In this document: positions 9,065 to 18,110 of the stretch, piece after piece | Layout of the letters: every line of letters begins with the position of its first letter | Position numbering within the stretch: position 1 is the first letter of the stretch | Assembly (NCBI GenBank): GCA_963791045.1 | Contig: CAWBQK010000004.1 | Span: 96,001-160,000 of the forward strand | Length of the DNA stretch: 64,000 nt | Direction: 5' to 3' | Source of the DNA: Candidatus Latescibacterota bacterium | Lineage (GTDB): Bacteria > Krumholzibacteriota > Krumholzibacteriia > WVZY01 | The notes under the pieces: generated by a model | Databases searched by the model: none | What the model was told of the DNA's origin: nothing | The model's input: the letters and a program-made list of their open reading frames with translations, nothing else | Program-made: the position numbers and the translations under genes

Positions 9065-10218
9065 GACTGTTTTCCCCTTCTCGTTCGAAAACGAACTGAT
9101 AACCCCGCGGGGGGCTTTCCGGCCAGCAAACGAATCCGGTCGAAAAATGTCATTCGCAGAGCATAGAAACGCCTGATCGTCTCAATAGGAAACCGATAAA
9201 ACCGTTTGAATATATGCCACCGCGACTCCGGTGGATACCAGCGGAACAGAAAATTATTGAGCAGATGGCAGTACCGGGACTGGGACGCGTGGGGACGGAC
9301 CAGTTCATCGAGACCCCGCCGCGCGAGTTCTTCTGTTGAGCTCGCCGCGATGTAAGCTGCAACTCGGGCGGCGATGGGAAACGAATATCCCGTAGCCGGA
9401 TGAAACCAACCGCCCCGATAACCCGCTACGATGGGCCCCGCCGACCCGTTTGGGAGCGATCCCGTCCACGGCATCGGGAGCACCCCGGTCTCCTCGCGAA
9501 CAACGGCCGAGATGACATATCCTCGCTCCTCGGCGTACCGCATGATTTCGGCTCGAATCGCGTCTACGTTCAATTTTTGTGAATGATGAAAATAGGTGTC
9601 CTCGATGAGCAATCTGTCGGACGCCAACGGGAGAATATACATAAACCGGAATCCGTTTGTCTGATCCACCGTCGCATCCATCAACACCGGCATCTTCAAA
9701 TCGTGCGGTGTCGAAAGATCGACCTCGAGGCCCACAAATTTCTGAAAACCCGCCGTGAACTCGAGGCCATCGGCCTGCTCAGGTCCGCGGGCGTCAATCA
9801 CGACAGTCCCGGTCACTATTGCTCCGCCGGAGAGGTGAACCCCGTTGCTTTCTATCCGGCTCGCCTCCTCGCCGAGGAACAAACGGGACCCTTCATGTTT
9901 TTCGATGACGTCACGAACCACGCGGTCCATGCGATCGCTCGTTATCGCCGATAGGCGCCATCGATCGTCCACTGAAAGCCGGGGAAACAAACCGAGTAAG
10001 AAGGCCATCGGTGACACACCAGACGGCGCAACCCAATCGAGAACCGCGGGCGCGACATCTTCGGAGTGAAAACACCGCGTGTGGTTACCGCCGAGCCTGG
10101 TCTCGCGTTCGACGATGGCGATACGCACAGCCGGATTGTGCGCCCTAAGCGCAAGCGCAATCAAACCGCTTTGGAGCCCGCCCCCAACAAGTATATATTC
10201 ATATTCAGCTGCAACCAT
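9061..10218 (-). CDS. crtY: Lycopene beta-cyclase (CrtY type), with an internal pair of compensating frameshifts
   Basis: VGGGL, GGNHT, FQKFVG, LMDATVDQ..GFRFMY.LP, LLIEDTY, E.GVLP, FHPATGYS, RFYA. Confidence 0.9.
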   Translation of the reverse strand: MVAAEYEYILVGGGLQSGLIALALRAHNPAVRIAIVERETRLGGNHTRCFHSEDVAPAVLDWVAPSGVSPMAFLLGLFPRLSVDDRWRLSAITSDRMDRVVRDVIEKHEGSRLFLGEEASRIESNGVHLSGGAIVTGTVVIDARGPEQADGLEFTAGFQKFVGLEVDLSTPHDLKMPVLMDATVDQTNGFRFMYILPLASDRLLIEDTYFHHSQKLNVDAIRAEIMRYAEERGYVISAVVREETGVLPMPWTGSLPNGSAGPIVAGYRGGWFHPATGYSFPIAARVAAYIAASSTEELARRGLDELVRPHASQSRYCHLLNNFLFRWYPPESRWHIFKRFYRFPIETIRRFYALRMTFFDRIRLLAGKPPAGLSVRFRTRRGKQS

Positions 10219-10383
10219 GATCCTAACTTGCTTCTGTTAGATCACAATATACCAACCGGGAGACGACCGCCACGGCAATCGTATAGTATTCGCATGTCGA
10301 TTCGTCGCGGGAATCTTCGTGAGCGCCGAACAACCGGTGTATCCGTGCCCGAACCGGGGTTAGAAATTCATTTCATCGGGGGA

Positions 10384-11126
10384 TCAACGGTGGTTTTTGG
10401 GTTTTTCGAAGACCATGAAATGCTGCCATGGGAGAGCAAAACTAGTCCCAAGCCATTTGAGCCCCACCGCCTCCATTTCAACGCGGGCCTGTCGTTCCGA
10501 CATTTTGTGGAGAGGCTTCATCGGCACGTCCGGGTCCTCCGCTCGATATTCGACGAGTACGACTCGCCCGCCGGGACTGAGTGAGCTGAAGATGTTACGC
10601 ATCATCTCATATGGGTGCGAAAATTCATGGTAGGCGTCGACAAGCAGAACCATGTCGACACTTTCGTCAGGCAGTTTTGGATCGAAGATGCTCCCACGCA
10701 CCGGGATCACGTTGTCCACCCGGTTTCGAACCATCCGTTCCTGGATGAACTCGAGCATTTCGGGCTCGATGTCGACCGCGTAGACCTTTCCTTCTGGCAC
10801 AAGTGGGCTGATCCGAAACGTGAAATAGCCGGTTCCAGCGCCAATGTCCGCGACGACATCGGTCTTGGAAAGCGAGAGTTTGCGGATAAGCACATCGGGG
10901 GCCTCTTCGGCCTCGCGATCACCGCGTTCGAGCCACTCGGCACCGCGATGACCCATGACCTGCGCAATCTCTCTCCCCATATAAAACTTGCCCGTGCCGT
11001 CCCGCGATGCCTTTCCATATGTATAGACCGAGTCCGCCGTAGTCCCCGCCGAAGCGGGGACGTAGGCCAGAGTAATAGTGCACCAAGCGCCATCGCCGTT
11101 ATCGCGCGGCCCGGCCGACTTAACAT
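10384..11126 (-). CDS. Class I SAM-dependent methyltransferase, probably exported; apparent 1-nt deletion near 11070
   Basis: YMGREIAQVMGH, VADIGAGTGY, LLVDAYHEFSHP; a signal peptide appears when the 11126 frame is joined to the main frame. Confidence 0.8.
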
Positions 11127-11408
11127 GTTCGTTCATCCCTCCTTTCCGGTGTTTCCCGGATGATTTGCGACCCCAACGCCGTCCTCCAAACCTAACCGTC
11201 CCTATACACAGGAGCAAGTGAGAACGGATGAATCCCGACCCGCCTTACTCATGCAAATATATCATGTTGTTAATTAACACGTTAGAAGATAGTGGTGAAA
11301 TTTATCAAGAATTCGGTTGACTGGATCTGTATGTCTGGTTATTGTCCAGGACAGTTACTAGACATTCCGTTCCCTTTGTCGAACTCTACTAATCTTGAAG
11401 GAGTCACC

Positions 11409-12033
11409 ATGTTTAAGTATTCGATGATCGTAATTGGCCTCGTAGCCGCCCTTCTGCTCGGGGCATGTGCCGACGAAACCACCGGCCCCAATGTGAATGA
11501 TGGATTGCAAGCAAGCAAGGCCGCCCCAAAAAAGGGAACGGACTCTATCGCGCAGATCGCCACGGATGCGGGCTTCGTAGAACTCGTCGGCGCATTGTCG
11601 TACGTGGATAGCGAACTTGGGATGGGGCTTGGTCGACATGTTTATGTACGGCAAGGATCAGTACACCGTATTCGCGCCCAACGACCTCGCGTTCGAGAAC
11701 CTTTACGCACTTCTCAGCGACGTTCTCGATACACCGATCGACGAAATTACCGACATTCCCGCGGAAATAGTGCGCGACGTTCTTCTCTACCATGTTACTG
11801 ACGGCCGCCGAGCGTCTAACAGTGTCGTTCCGAAGCGGGGCGAACGCGTTATCACGCCTCTGCTCGAAGAAGCGTTTTTTGTTCGCACCGACCTCTCGAT
11901 TCGCGACGGGCTCACCGGTCTCCGTACCGATGCGCGCATCGACTCTCCCAATATTTCGGCGAGCAACGGCATCATTCATGCAATAACCGAGGTCATCGTC
12001 CCCCCGTCGGTGGTCGCAGCGCTCACCAGCTAA
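11409..12033 (+). pseudogene. Fasciclin (FAS1) domain lipoprotein split by a +1 frameshift (real pseudogene or sequencing error)
   Basis: RBS AGGAG; lipobox LLLGAC in frame 1; YTVFAPNDLAF, VLLYHV and ASNGIIHAI..VI in frame 2; joined by removing one G in the GGGG run at about 11624-11627. Confidence 0.85.
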
Positions 12034-12084
12034 AAACGAATACCGAATCTGGACGGGTCGGGTCCAGCGAGGCCCGCGTCCAGC

Positions 12085-12118
12085 GAGAGAGGCCGCTCTT
12101 CCAAGAGCGGCCTCTCTC
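12085..12118. terminator. Perfect inverted repeat, likely terminator between convergent genes
   Basis: GAGAGAGGCCGCTCTT-CC-AAGAGCGGCCTCTCTC downstream of the fasciclin gene and the STAS gene. Confidence 0.7.
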
Positions 12119-12350
12119 CATTTGCTATACCTCGGAATGATCCGCACGGCCCCATTCAAACGTGCAAAATAGCGCAGAGAAAATAAAGCGCAATCCTATT
12201 TTAACAGAACTGCGTCACGCGTGAGCGACTGCTTTCCGGCGGAAATTGTTGGAGCGTCAAACATTGAAATCAAATGCCGAGTGTCCCGGTTTTGATCCCA
12301 TCGGAGGGGCTCGATCGAAAACATACACTGAGAAGAGGTGTCCGCAAGAG

Positions 12351-12728
12351 CTACAGAAGAATCTGCTCGGCTTCGGGCGCGCATTCTTGTTCGCGCAAAC
12401 ACTTCACGGCGTCGTTTACAGAGTTGAATGTGGAGAAGACGATACACAGCCTCGTAACCGATAAAATACTGTGAATCTTGTCCGTCACATTCGCGAGCAC
12501 CAGCTCTCCTCCGGCATCCTTCACTAGTTTGTGGGCTCCAATGAGCATCCCGACACCCTGGCTGTTCGCCCAGGGCACTTTGTGGAGATTTACGATAATG
12601 CGAGTCTTTTGCTGTTCCAGAATTCCCTCGATGAACTCCCGGAAGGTATCCGAGTTTGCTCCCCCAACCAGATGACCTTCGATGTCCACAATAACAGCAC
12701 CGTAGACTTCGCGCGTCTTGACTTTCAT
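12351..12728 (-). CDS. STAS domain anti-sigma factor antagonist
   Basis: MKVKTREV start; IIVNL.KVPWANSQGVGML (DS(S/T)G-like); GGELVLAN. Confidence 0.85.
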   Translation of the reverse strand: MKVKTREVYGAVIVDIEGHLVGGANSDTFREFIEGILEQQKTRIIVNLHKVPWANSQGVGMLIGAHKLVKDAGGELVLANVTDKIHSILSVTRLCIVFSTFNSVNDAVKCLREQECAPEAEQILL

Positions 12729-12904
12729 TGTCCCATGCCTCCTTGACCCGTTTCGGGTGGTCCCCATCATCCCAACACCCTGCCGTGGTCTCACCCTTAA
12801 CTACCCCAAAGAGGCAACATAAGTTGCGTCGCAACGAACTATTTAAACCAACAAGCGTGAGCGCCCTCCTAACAGGTTCTCCCACAGTGTGTTACAAAAC
12901 TCAC

Positions 12905-15900
12905 TCAACGTGGCCAATCAGGCACTCCGCGCCCCGGCGTCCATGGCGCGCCGGCCGATTCGAGCTCGCGCTCGAGCGCCGGAAGGTCCGTGTCCACAAT
13001 CTGGCGCAGATCCGTGGCAGCAATCGCAAACGCCTCGGAGGCGATTTCAAAATTCTTCCTGTGAGTTGCCGTCGGCGCGGACGTGGTCCCCCACAGCCCC
13101 CATATGATCTGATTGATTCGGTCCATGATTCCCGGCATCGCCGGTTCGCTGCGATCGCTCGTCGTCGGATCGCCTCTGAACTGTTCACCCAGATCCGCCA
13201 GCCTTAACTCAAGATCGCGAGCCCATCCGAGAAACGACGGATCGAGTCCCGGTGTTTTCTCAATTGTTTGTTTGATGTATCTGACACGGTTGGCGGCCTC
13301 TTTGACCACTTCGTTTGCGCCGAATACCGCACGCTGGAGCTCGCGGGTCTGTTTTGCGAAAGCCAATACCGACTCGCGATCCGCGGGCGGGAGGGACGGC
13401 TCACCGACGGGCGCCACTTCAAAATCGACGGGGCCCGCGATCGTGGTCATCCTGCCATCGATTCGTTTGTCGAGGGATACGTTGTACGATCCCGGAAGCG
13501 CAAGGGGTCCGTAACCGTCGGACTCGAGTTTTGTCGGCTCGAAACCCGGGTAACGGAAATCCCACGTCACGCGATGAATGCCCGCAGTCGTCTCGCCATC
13601 GACTCGCCGAACGACCTCACCACGGTTGTCTCTTACGGTTAAAACGATCGCAGGATCTTCCTCACGGTCTTCCGCCTTGAGTTCATCCCATGCGGGATAA
13701 AACACGTCGTCACCCTTTTTTTGCAGTTCGCTTTCCTTCTTTTGTCTCAACGCTTGCCTGGTCTCCAGAGCGTCCTTGAGATAGTAGGTGAACGTGGCGC
13801 CGAACGGCGGGTTGGGCGCCGTGAAGAAAGCGGCTCCCTGATATGCCTTGTCTTTGCCTGCCATCGGACGGGCTTCGACGTACATCAATGCTTTCTTCAC
13901 CGGAAAGATCACTCCCTCCTTGTCGAGGGTCTCGGCGGTCAACCCGCGCAGCGGCGTGTAATCATCCAGCACGTAGAACCCGCGACCAAAGGTCCCCGCG
14001 ACAAGGTCGTTTTCGCGCCGCTGTATGGCGAGGTCGCGGACGGAGATTGTCGGAATCCCCTTCTTGAGCTGCGTCCACTTCCCGCCGCCATCAACGGTGA
14101 AGAACACGCCAAACTCGGTGCCTGCAAAAAGTAGATCGGGGTTCACGTGATCCTGCGTCACTGAGTAGACCGAGCCGCGCTCGGGCAGGCTTCCAGAAAT
14201 CAGTTTCCATTTACGCCCACGGTTTTCGCTCTTAATGACATACGGTTTGAAGTCGCCCTTTTTGTGGTTGTTGATTGCGGCGAACACAACGTTCTCGTCA
14301 AAGAGCGACGCTCGGATATCATTCACATAGGCCATTTCTGGAACATCGGCAAATTTATCCACTCTCTCCCAATTCTCGCCGCCATCCTCGGTGACCTGGA
14401 TGAGACCATCATCCGTGCCCGCATAGATCAGTCCCTCTTTGAGAGGCGATTCGCTGAGCGCCACAATGGTCCCGTAGAACGACGTCGAGTTGTTCTTCGC
14501 AACGGCGTCGACACTCCACACCCTGTCCATCACTTCGAGCTTGTTGCGGTCGAGGTTTCGGGTGAGATCTCCGCTCACCGCCCGCCAGCTGTCCCCGCGA
14601 TCGTCGCTTCGAAAGAGGATCTGCGAACCGTAATAGAGCCGTGTATGTAGATGCGGGCTGATAATGAGCCCCGAATCCCAGTTCCATCGAAGCGGCGGAC
14701 CGCCGGCATCCTCCTGAGGTTTAATATCAACTCTCTCGCCCGTTTTCTTGTCGAACCTGACGAGCCCCCCGTACTGCCACTGCGAGTAAACGATGTTGGG
14801 ATCGGTGGGATCGATGGCCGGCTCGAAACCGTCGCCAAACACAGTCACAATCCAGTCGCTGTTGCGAATCCCGTGAATGTTGTTGGTCCGCGTGGGACCG
14901 CCCTGAGTCGCGTTGTCCTGCGTTCCGCCGTACACGTTGTAAAAGGGCGTGTCATTGTCGACAGCGATTTTGTAGAACTGCGTCACGGGCAGATTCGCCG
15001 TGTAGCGGTAGTTCTTTCCGAAATCCCACGTCTCGTACAATCCGCCATCATTTCCAAGAATCAGATGGTCCGAGTCTTCGGGATCAAAGTAAATGGCGTG
15101 TTCATCGACATGTTTAAACTCACGGCCGAACCGTTCCCATGTTTTCCCCCCGTCGGACGTGACCATCACATAGGTATCAAGGGAAAACACGCGGTCAAAC
15201 ATGTGCGGATCCGCATAAATTTCCTGATAGTACTGGGGACTGCCCGAGATATAGTCGTTTTGCCGGACCCAGTTCTCTCCCCTGTCCTCCGACCGGTAAA
15301 AACCGCCTTTACCCTGCGCCGCTTCAACGATTGCATACAGGACATCGGGTTTGATTGGCGACACTGCAATTCCAATCCGTCCCATGTCTACTTCGGGAAG
15401 TCCCTTGTTTATCTTCCTCCAGTTTTCGCCGCCATCGGTTGATTTATAAATCGCCGATTCGGGACCACCGTTCAAGAGCACCCACACATGACGGCGTCTC
15501 TGGTAGGACGCGGCGTATAAAACATCGGGGTTACGCGGGTCGAAATGGACATCGGTAACACCGGTATTTTCGCTGATATCGAGGACGAGATCCCACGTCT
15601 TGCCTCCATCAATGGTCTTGTAAAGCCCTCTATCGCCCCCCGGCGACCACAGTGGACCCTGTGCGGCGACAAACACAACGTCCGTATCACGCGGGTCGAT
15701 CAGGATTTTCCCGATGTGCTCAGAGTTTTTCAAACCCACGTTCTCGAAGTGCTTCCCGCCATCGATGGATTTGTAAACCCCATCGCCATATCCGACGCTC
15801 CGCTGGCTATTGTTCTCGCCGGTGCCGACCCAGATGACATGGCGGTTGCCGGGATCGATCGCGAGACACCCGATTGAATAGGACCCGTAGGAATCAAAAA

Positions 15901-16192
15901 TCGGGTCCCACGTCGTTCCCGCATTCACCGTCTTCCAAACATTGCCGGAGCTGACCCCGATATACCATGTGCTCTTCCGCTCGGGATCGACAACGATGTC
16001 GCCGATTCGTCCCGACATAAAGGCCGGGCCGATTCCACGAAAAGACAAACCCGCCACGGCCTTTGCAACAGCGTCCGGCGGGTCCTTCTTGTCTTCGTCT
16101 TTCTTGGCTTTTGCGTTTTCGGCGAGACCACCAAAGATCACCACGCACGCGAACACACAACACAGCACCATGGCAAGCCGCGGCTTATTCAT
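12905..16192 (-). CDS. Large secreted VPS10/sortilin-like BNR-repeat (glycosyl hydrolase-like) protein
   Basis: Signal peptide from MNKPRL; FRGIGPAFMSGRI; many S/T-x-D-G-G-x-x-W Asp-box repeats; C-terminal coiled coil. Confidence 0.85.
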   Translation of the reverse strand: MNKPRLAMVLCCVFACVVIFGGLAENAKAKKDEDKKDPPDAVAKAVAGLSFRGIGPAFMSGRIGDIVVDPERKSTWYIGVSSGNVWKTVNAGTTWDPIFDSYGSYSIGCLAIDPGNRHVIWVGTGENNSQRSVGYGDGVYKSIDGGKHFENVGLKNSEHIGKILIDPRDTDVVFVAAQGPLWSPGGDRGLYKTIDGGKTWDLVLDISENTGVTDVHFDPRNPDVLYAASYQRRRHVWVLLNGGPESAIYKSTDGGENWRKINKGLPEVDMGRIGIAVSPIKPDVLYAIVEAAQGKGGFYRSEDRGENWVRQNDYISGSPQYYQEIYADPHMFDRVFSLDTYVMVTSDGGKTWERFGREFKHVDEHAIYFDPEDSDHLILGNDGGLYETWDFGKNYRYTANLPVTQFYKIAVDNDTPFYNVYGGTQDNATQGGPTRTNNIHGIRNSDWIVTVFGDGFEPAIDPTDPNIVYSQWQYGGLVRFDKKTGERVDIKPQEDAGGPPLRWNWDSGLIISPHLHTRLYYGSQILFRSDDRGDSWRAVSGDLTRNLDRNKLEVMDRVWSVDAVAKNNSTSFYGTIVALSESPLKEGLIYAGTDDGLIQVTEDGGENWERVDKFADVPEMAYVNDIRASLFDENVVFAAINNHKKGDFKPYVIKSENRGRKWKLISGSLPERGSVYSVTQDHVNPDLLFAGTEFGVFFTVDGGGKWTQLKKGIPTISVRDLAIQRRENDLVAGTFGRGFYVLDDYTPLRGLTAETLDKEGVIFPVKKALMYVEARPMAGKDKAYQGAAFFTAPNPPFGATFTYYLKDALETRQALRQKKESELQKKGDDVFYPAWDELKAEDREEDPAIVLTVRDNRGEVVRRVDGETTAGIHRVTWDFRYPGFEPTKLESDGYGPLALPGSYNVSLDKRIDGRMTTIAGPVDFEVAPVGEPSLPPADRESVLAFAKQTRELQRAVFGANEVVKEAANRVRYIKQTIEKTPGLDPSFLGWARDLELRLADLGEQFRGDPTTSDRSEPAMPGIMDRINQIIWGLWGTTSAPTATHRKNFEIASEAFAIAATDLRQIVDTDLPALERELESAGAPWTPGRGVPDWPR

Positions 16193-16237
16193 CGGAACTC
16201 CTTTTCGCGGTTTCGGAACAACAAGTGAGCATCTCAA

Positions 16238-16750
16238 CTATATTCTCAATTTTTTATTTCTTTTCGCGATGTACGGGCGAACAAAAAGATAGAGCCCTGT
16301 TCCCCACAAACCGGTGAGGACGAGGGCCGACGGGAGAAAGATCCAAAGCTTCGCCCCCGGATGAAAAAAGCTCCCGTCGTGGATACTCTCGATAAGGTCG
16401 GAACGCCGGACGGATACCTGGAGGACCTCTCCGGTGTTGGTGTCGACCTGGACCTCGATACGGCTTTTACAGCGGACTTTGACCATTCCCTTCCACGGTC
16501 GTACGTCCAGGCGGTCGATATCATTCCACGTCTCGACTTCCGCTTCTGGGACCGACCTCGTTGCCGCGAGGATCTCATCGAATCCGATTGTGGGTTCTTT
16601 TGTCGACCCGCGCTGCGACGGCGGTTGAATCCAATCGGAATTCTTCTTGAGTTGCAGCATGACGCCGGTGACGATCACTATCACAAGAGGCAGTGCGATG
16701 AGAATCGCTCCCCAGCGGTGGAGTTTGCGATTCCATTTGGCAGCGTTCAT
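16238..16750 (-). CDS. PepSY-associated TM domain protein
   Basis: RKLHRW...TG, IESIHDGSFF, C-terminal TM with TGLYL. Confidence 0.8.
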   Translation of the reverse strand: MNAAKWNRKLHRWGAILIALPLVIVIVTGVMLQLKKNSDWIQPPSQRGSTKEPTIGFDEILAATRSVPEAEVETWNDIDRLDVRPWKGMVKVRCKSRIEVQVDTNTGEVLQVSVRRSDLIESIHDGSFFHPGAKLWIFLPSALVLTGLWGTGLYLFVRPYIAKRNKKLRI

Positions 16751-17111
16751 AGAGAGGCCCCCCGGGACAGATGATGTTTTGTTTTTTTCGTGCCGTTGAG
16801 ATCGAACACCCTGGAGGTATTCTTCATCCGATTTTGCAGAATTCAACTTGAAGGGCATTCTATCAAGGATCGGAGCGGCCGTCAAAATCAAGTATTTCTT
16901 GGCGGAATCCATTCACCTACTATGGCCCCGACCAATCGGACACAAGCCTCGAGCGCCGGCGTTTCGTCTTCGATACCTATCGCAAGCCAGTCATTCTGTG
17001 GGGAGGTTCGTATCGCAATAACAGCTAATGCCGGAACTATTCTGTTTGTGTTAGGCTAACACAATTGCAGCAGTGACAATCTTTGACTTGTTACTAAGGA
17101 AGGACGTCCGC

Positions 17112-18008
17112 ATGAAGCGATTGATATCGCCGCAATCCGTTATTACCCACCGTCAGTTTTCTGCCTTCAAGGATAGGTTATGGCCCAAACAACATAGACC
17201 GCGATCTCGTCATTTTGTCGCATTTCTAACATGTGTGTGGGCTATATCGTTGTTCTGTCTTCCAACCGGCGTTCACGCCGATCTTGGCGATGACATCGCC
17301 GATACGTTCGAGGACATAATCAATGGCCTGATCGGAACCGAATTCGGACCGGTGCAATTCAGATTTGCCTACAAACCGCCGGACGTTGTACAGCCTCCGT
17401 TTCCGCCCGTATCATTCGACTCGGTCCATGTCGATGTCACGATTCTAGGATTTGCCTTCTGTAATCCATCAAATAAGTGGGCAACGCCGGATCCGACACC
17501 GACATTTCCCTTCAATGCATATGGATGCGAGAACGTCGCCACGGTCGGAGCAACTGCCACACCGGAGGCAACCAGTTCGGAGGTCGCTGTCACCGTCAGT
17601 GATTTCTTCCTGGATCTCGAATATGTTCGAGAAACGACCCTCGCCTGTCTCGAAACCCCTGGAGGAACCCACGCCGCTGACGCCTATCTCTTGACCGAGG
17701 GCACTGTCACTATGAGTCTGACACTCGAAAGAGTGGGCACGTGTCTTCACGCCGGCATCGTTCCCGGTTCGGTCGAAGTGATCCTGACAGAGAAAGAACA
17801 CGGGTTGCAAACCGATGAATGTCTGGATCTTGTGTGGCCGCTCTTCTCCGTTTTCTTCTATGACATGGTCAATGCCACCGCGAGCGCGGCACTCGAATCA
17901 GCTCTTACGGGTATGATAGCAGATATCAACGCCGTACTCTGTCCATTGACACCTGTCGCACATTCGACATGGGGCGGAGTGAAAGATCGTTATCGGGATT
18001 CCCAATAA
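17112..18008 (+). CDS. Secreted Cys-containing hypothetical protein with C-terminal STWGGVK tail
   Basis: RBS AGGAAGGA; signal peptide ending GVHA; ends TPVAHSTWGGVKDRYRDSQ; followed by a terminator. Confidence 0.65.
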   Translation: MKRLISPQSVITHRQFSAFKDRLWPKQHRPRSRHFVAFLTCVWAISLFCLPTGVHADLGDDIADTFEDIINGLIGTEFGPVQFRFAYKPPDVVQPPFPPVSFDSVHVDVTILGFAFCNPSNKWATPDPTPTFPFNAYGCENVATVGATATPEATSSEVAVTVSDFFLDLEYVRETTLACLETPGGTHAADAYLLTEGTVTMSLTLERVGTCLHAGIVPGSVEVILTEKEHGLQTDECLDLVWPLFSVFFYDMVNATASAALESALTGMIADINAVLCPLTPVAHSTWGGVKDRYRDSQ

Positions 18009-18035
18009 GATTGCTCACGGAACCGAAAATCGTGA

Positions 18036-18066
18036 CGGGCCAGCCAACGGGCTGGCCCGCTCTTTT
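18036..18066 (+). terminator. Rho-independent terminator
   Basis: CGGGCCAGCC-AACG-GGCTGGCCCG followed by CTCTTTT. Confidence 0.75.
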
Positions 18067-18110
18067 GGTTGTGGCCGGCACCCTCGCGGCCGTCGGCGAC
18101 AACAAACAAC

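Noticed and set aside
12049-12118. Short GTCCAGCGAG repeats beside a hairpin, as possible CRISPR or REP element
   Set aside because: Only two copies, no spacers and no cas genes; best explained as a terminator region
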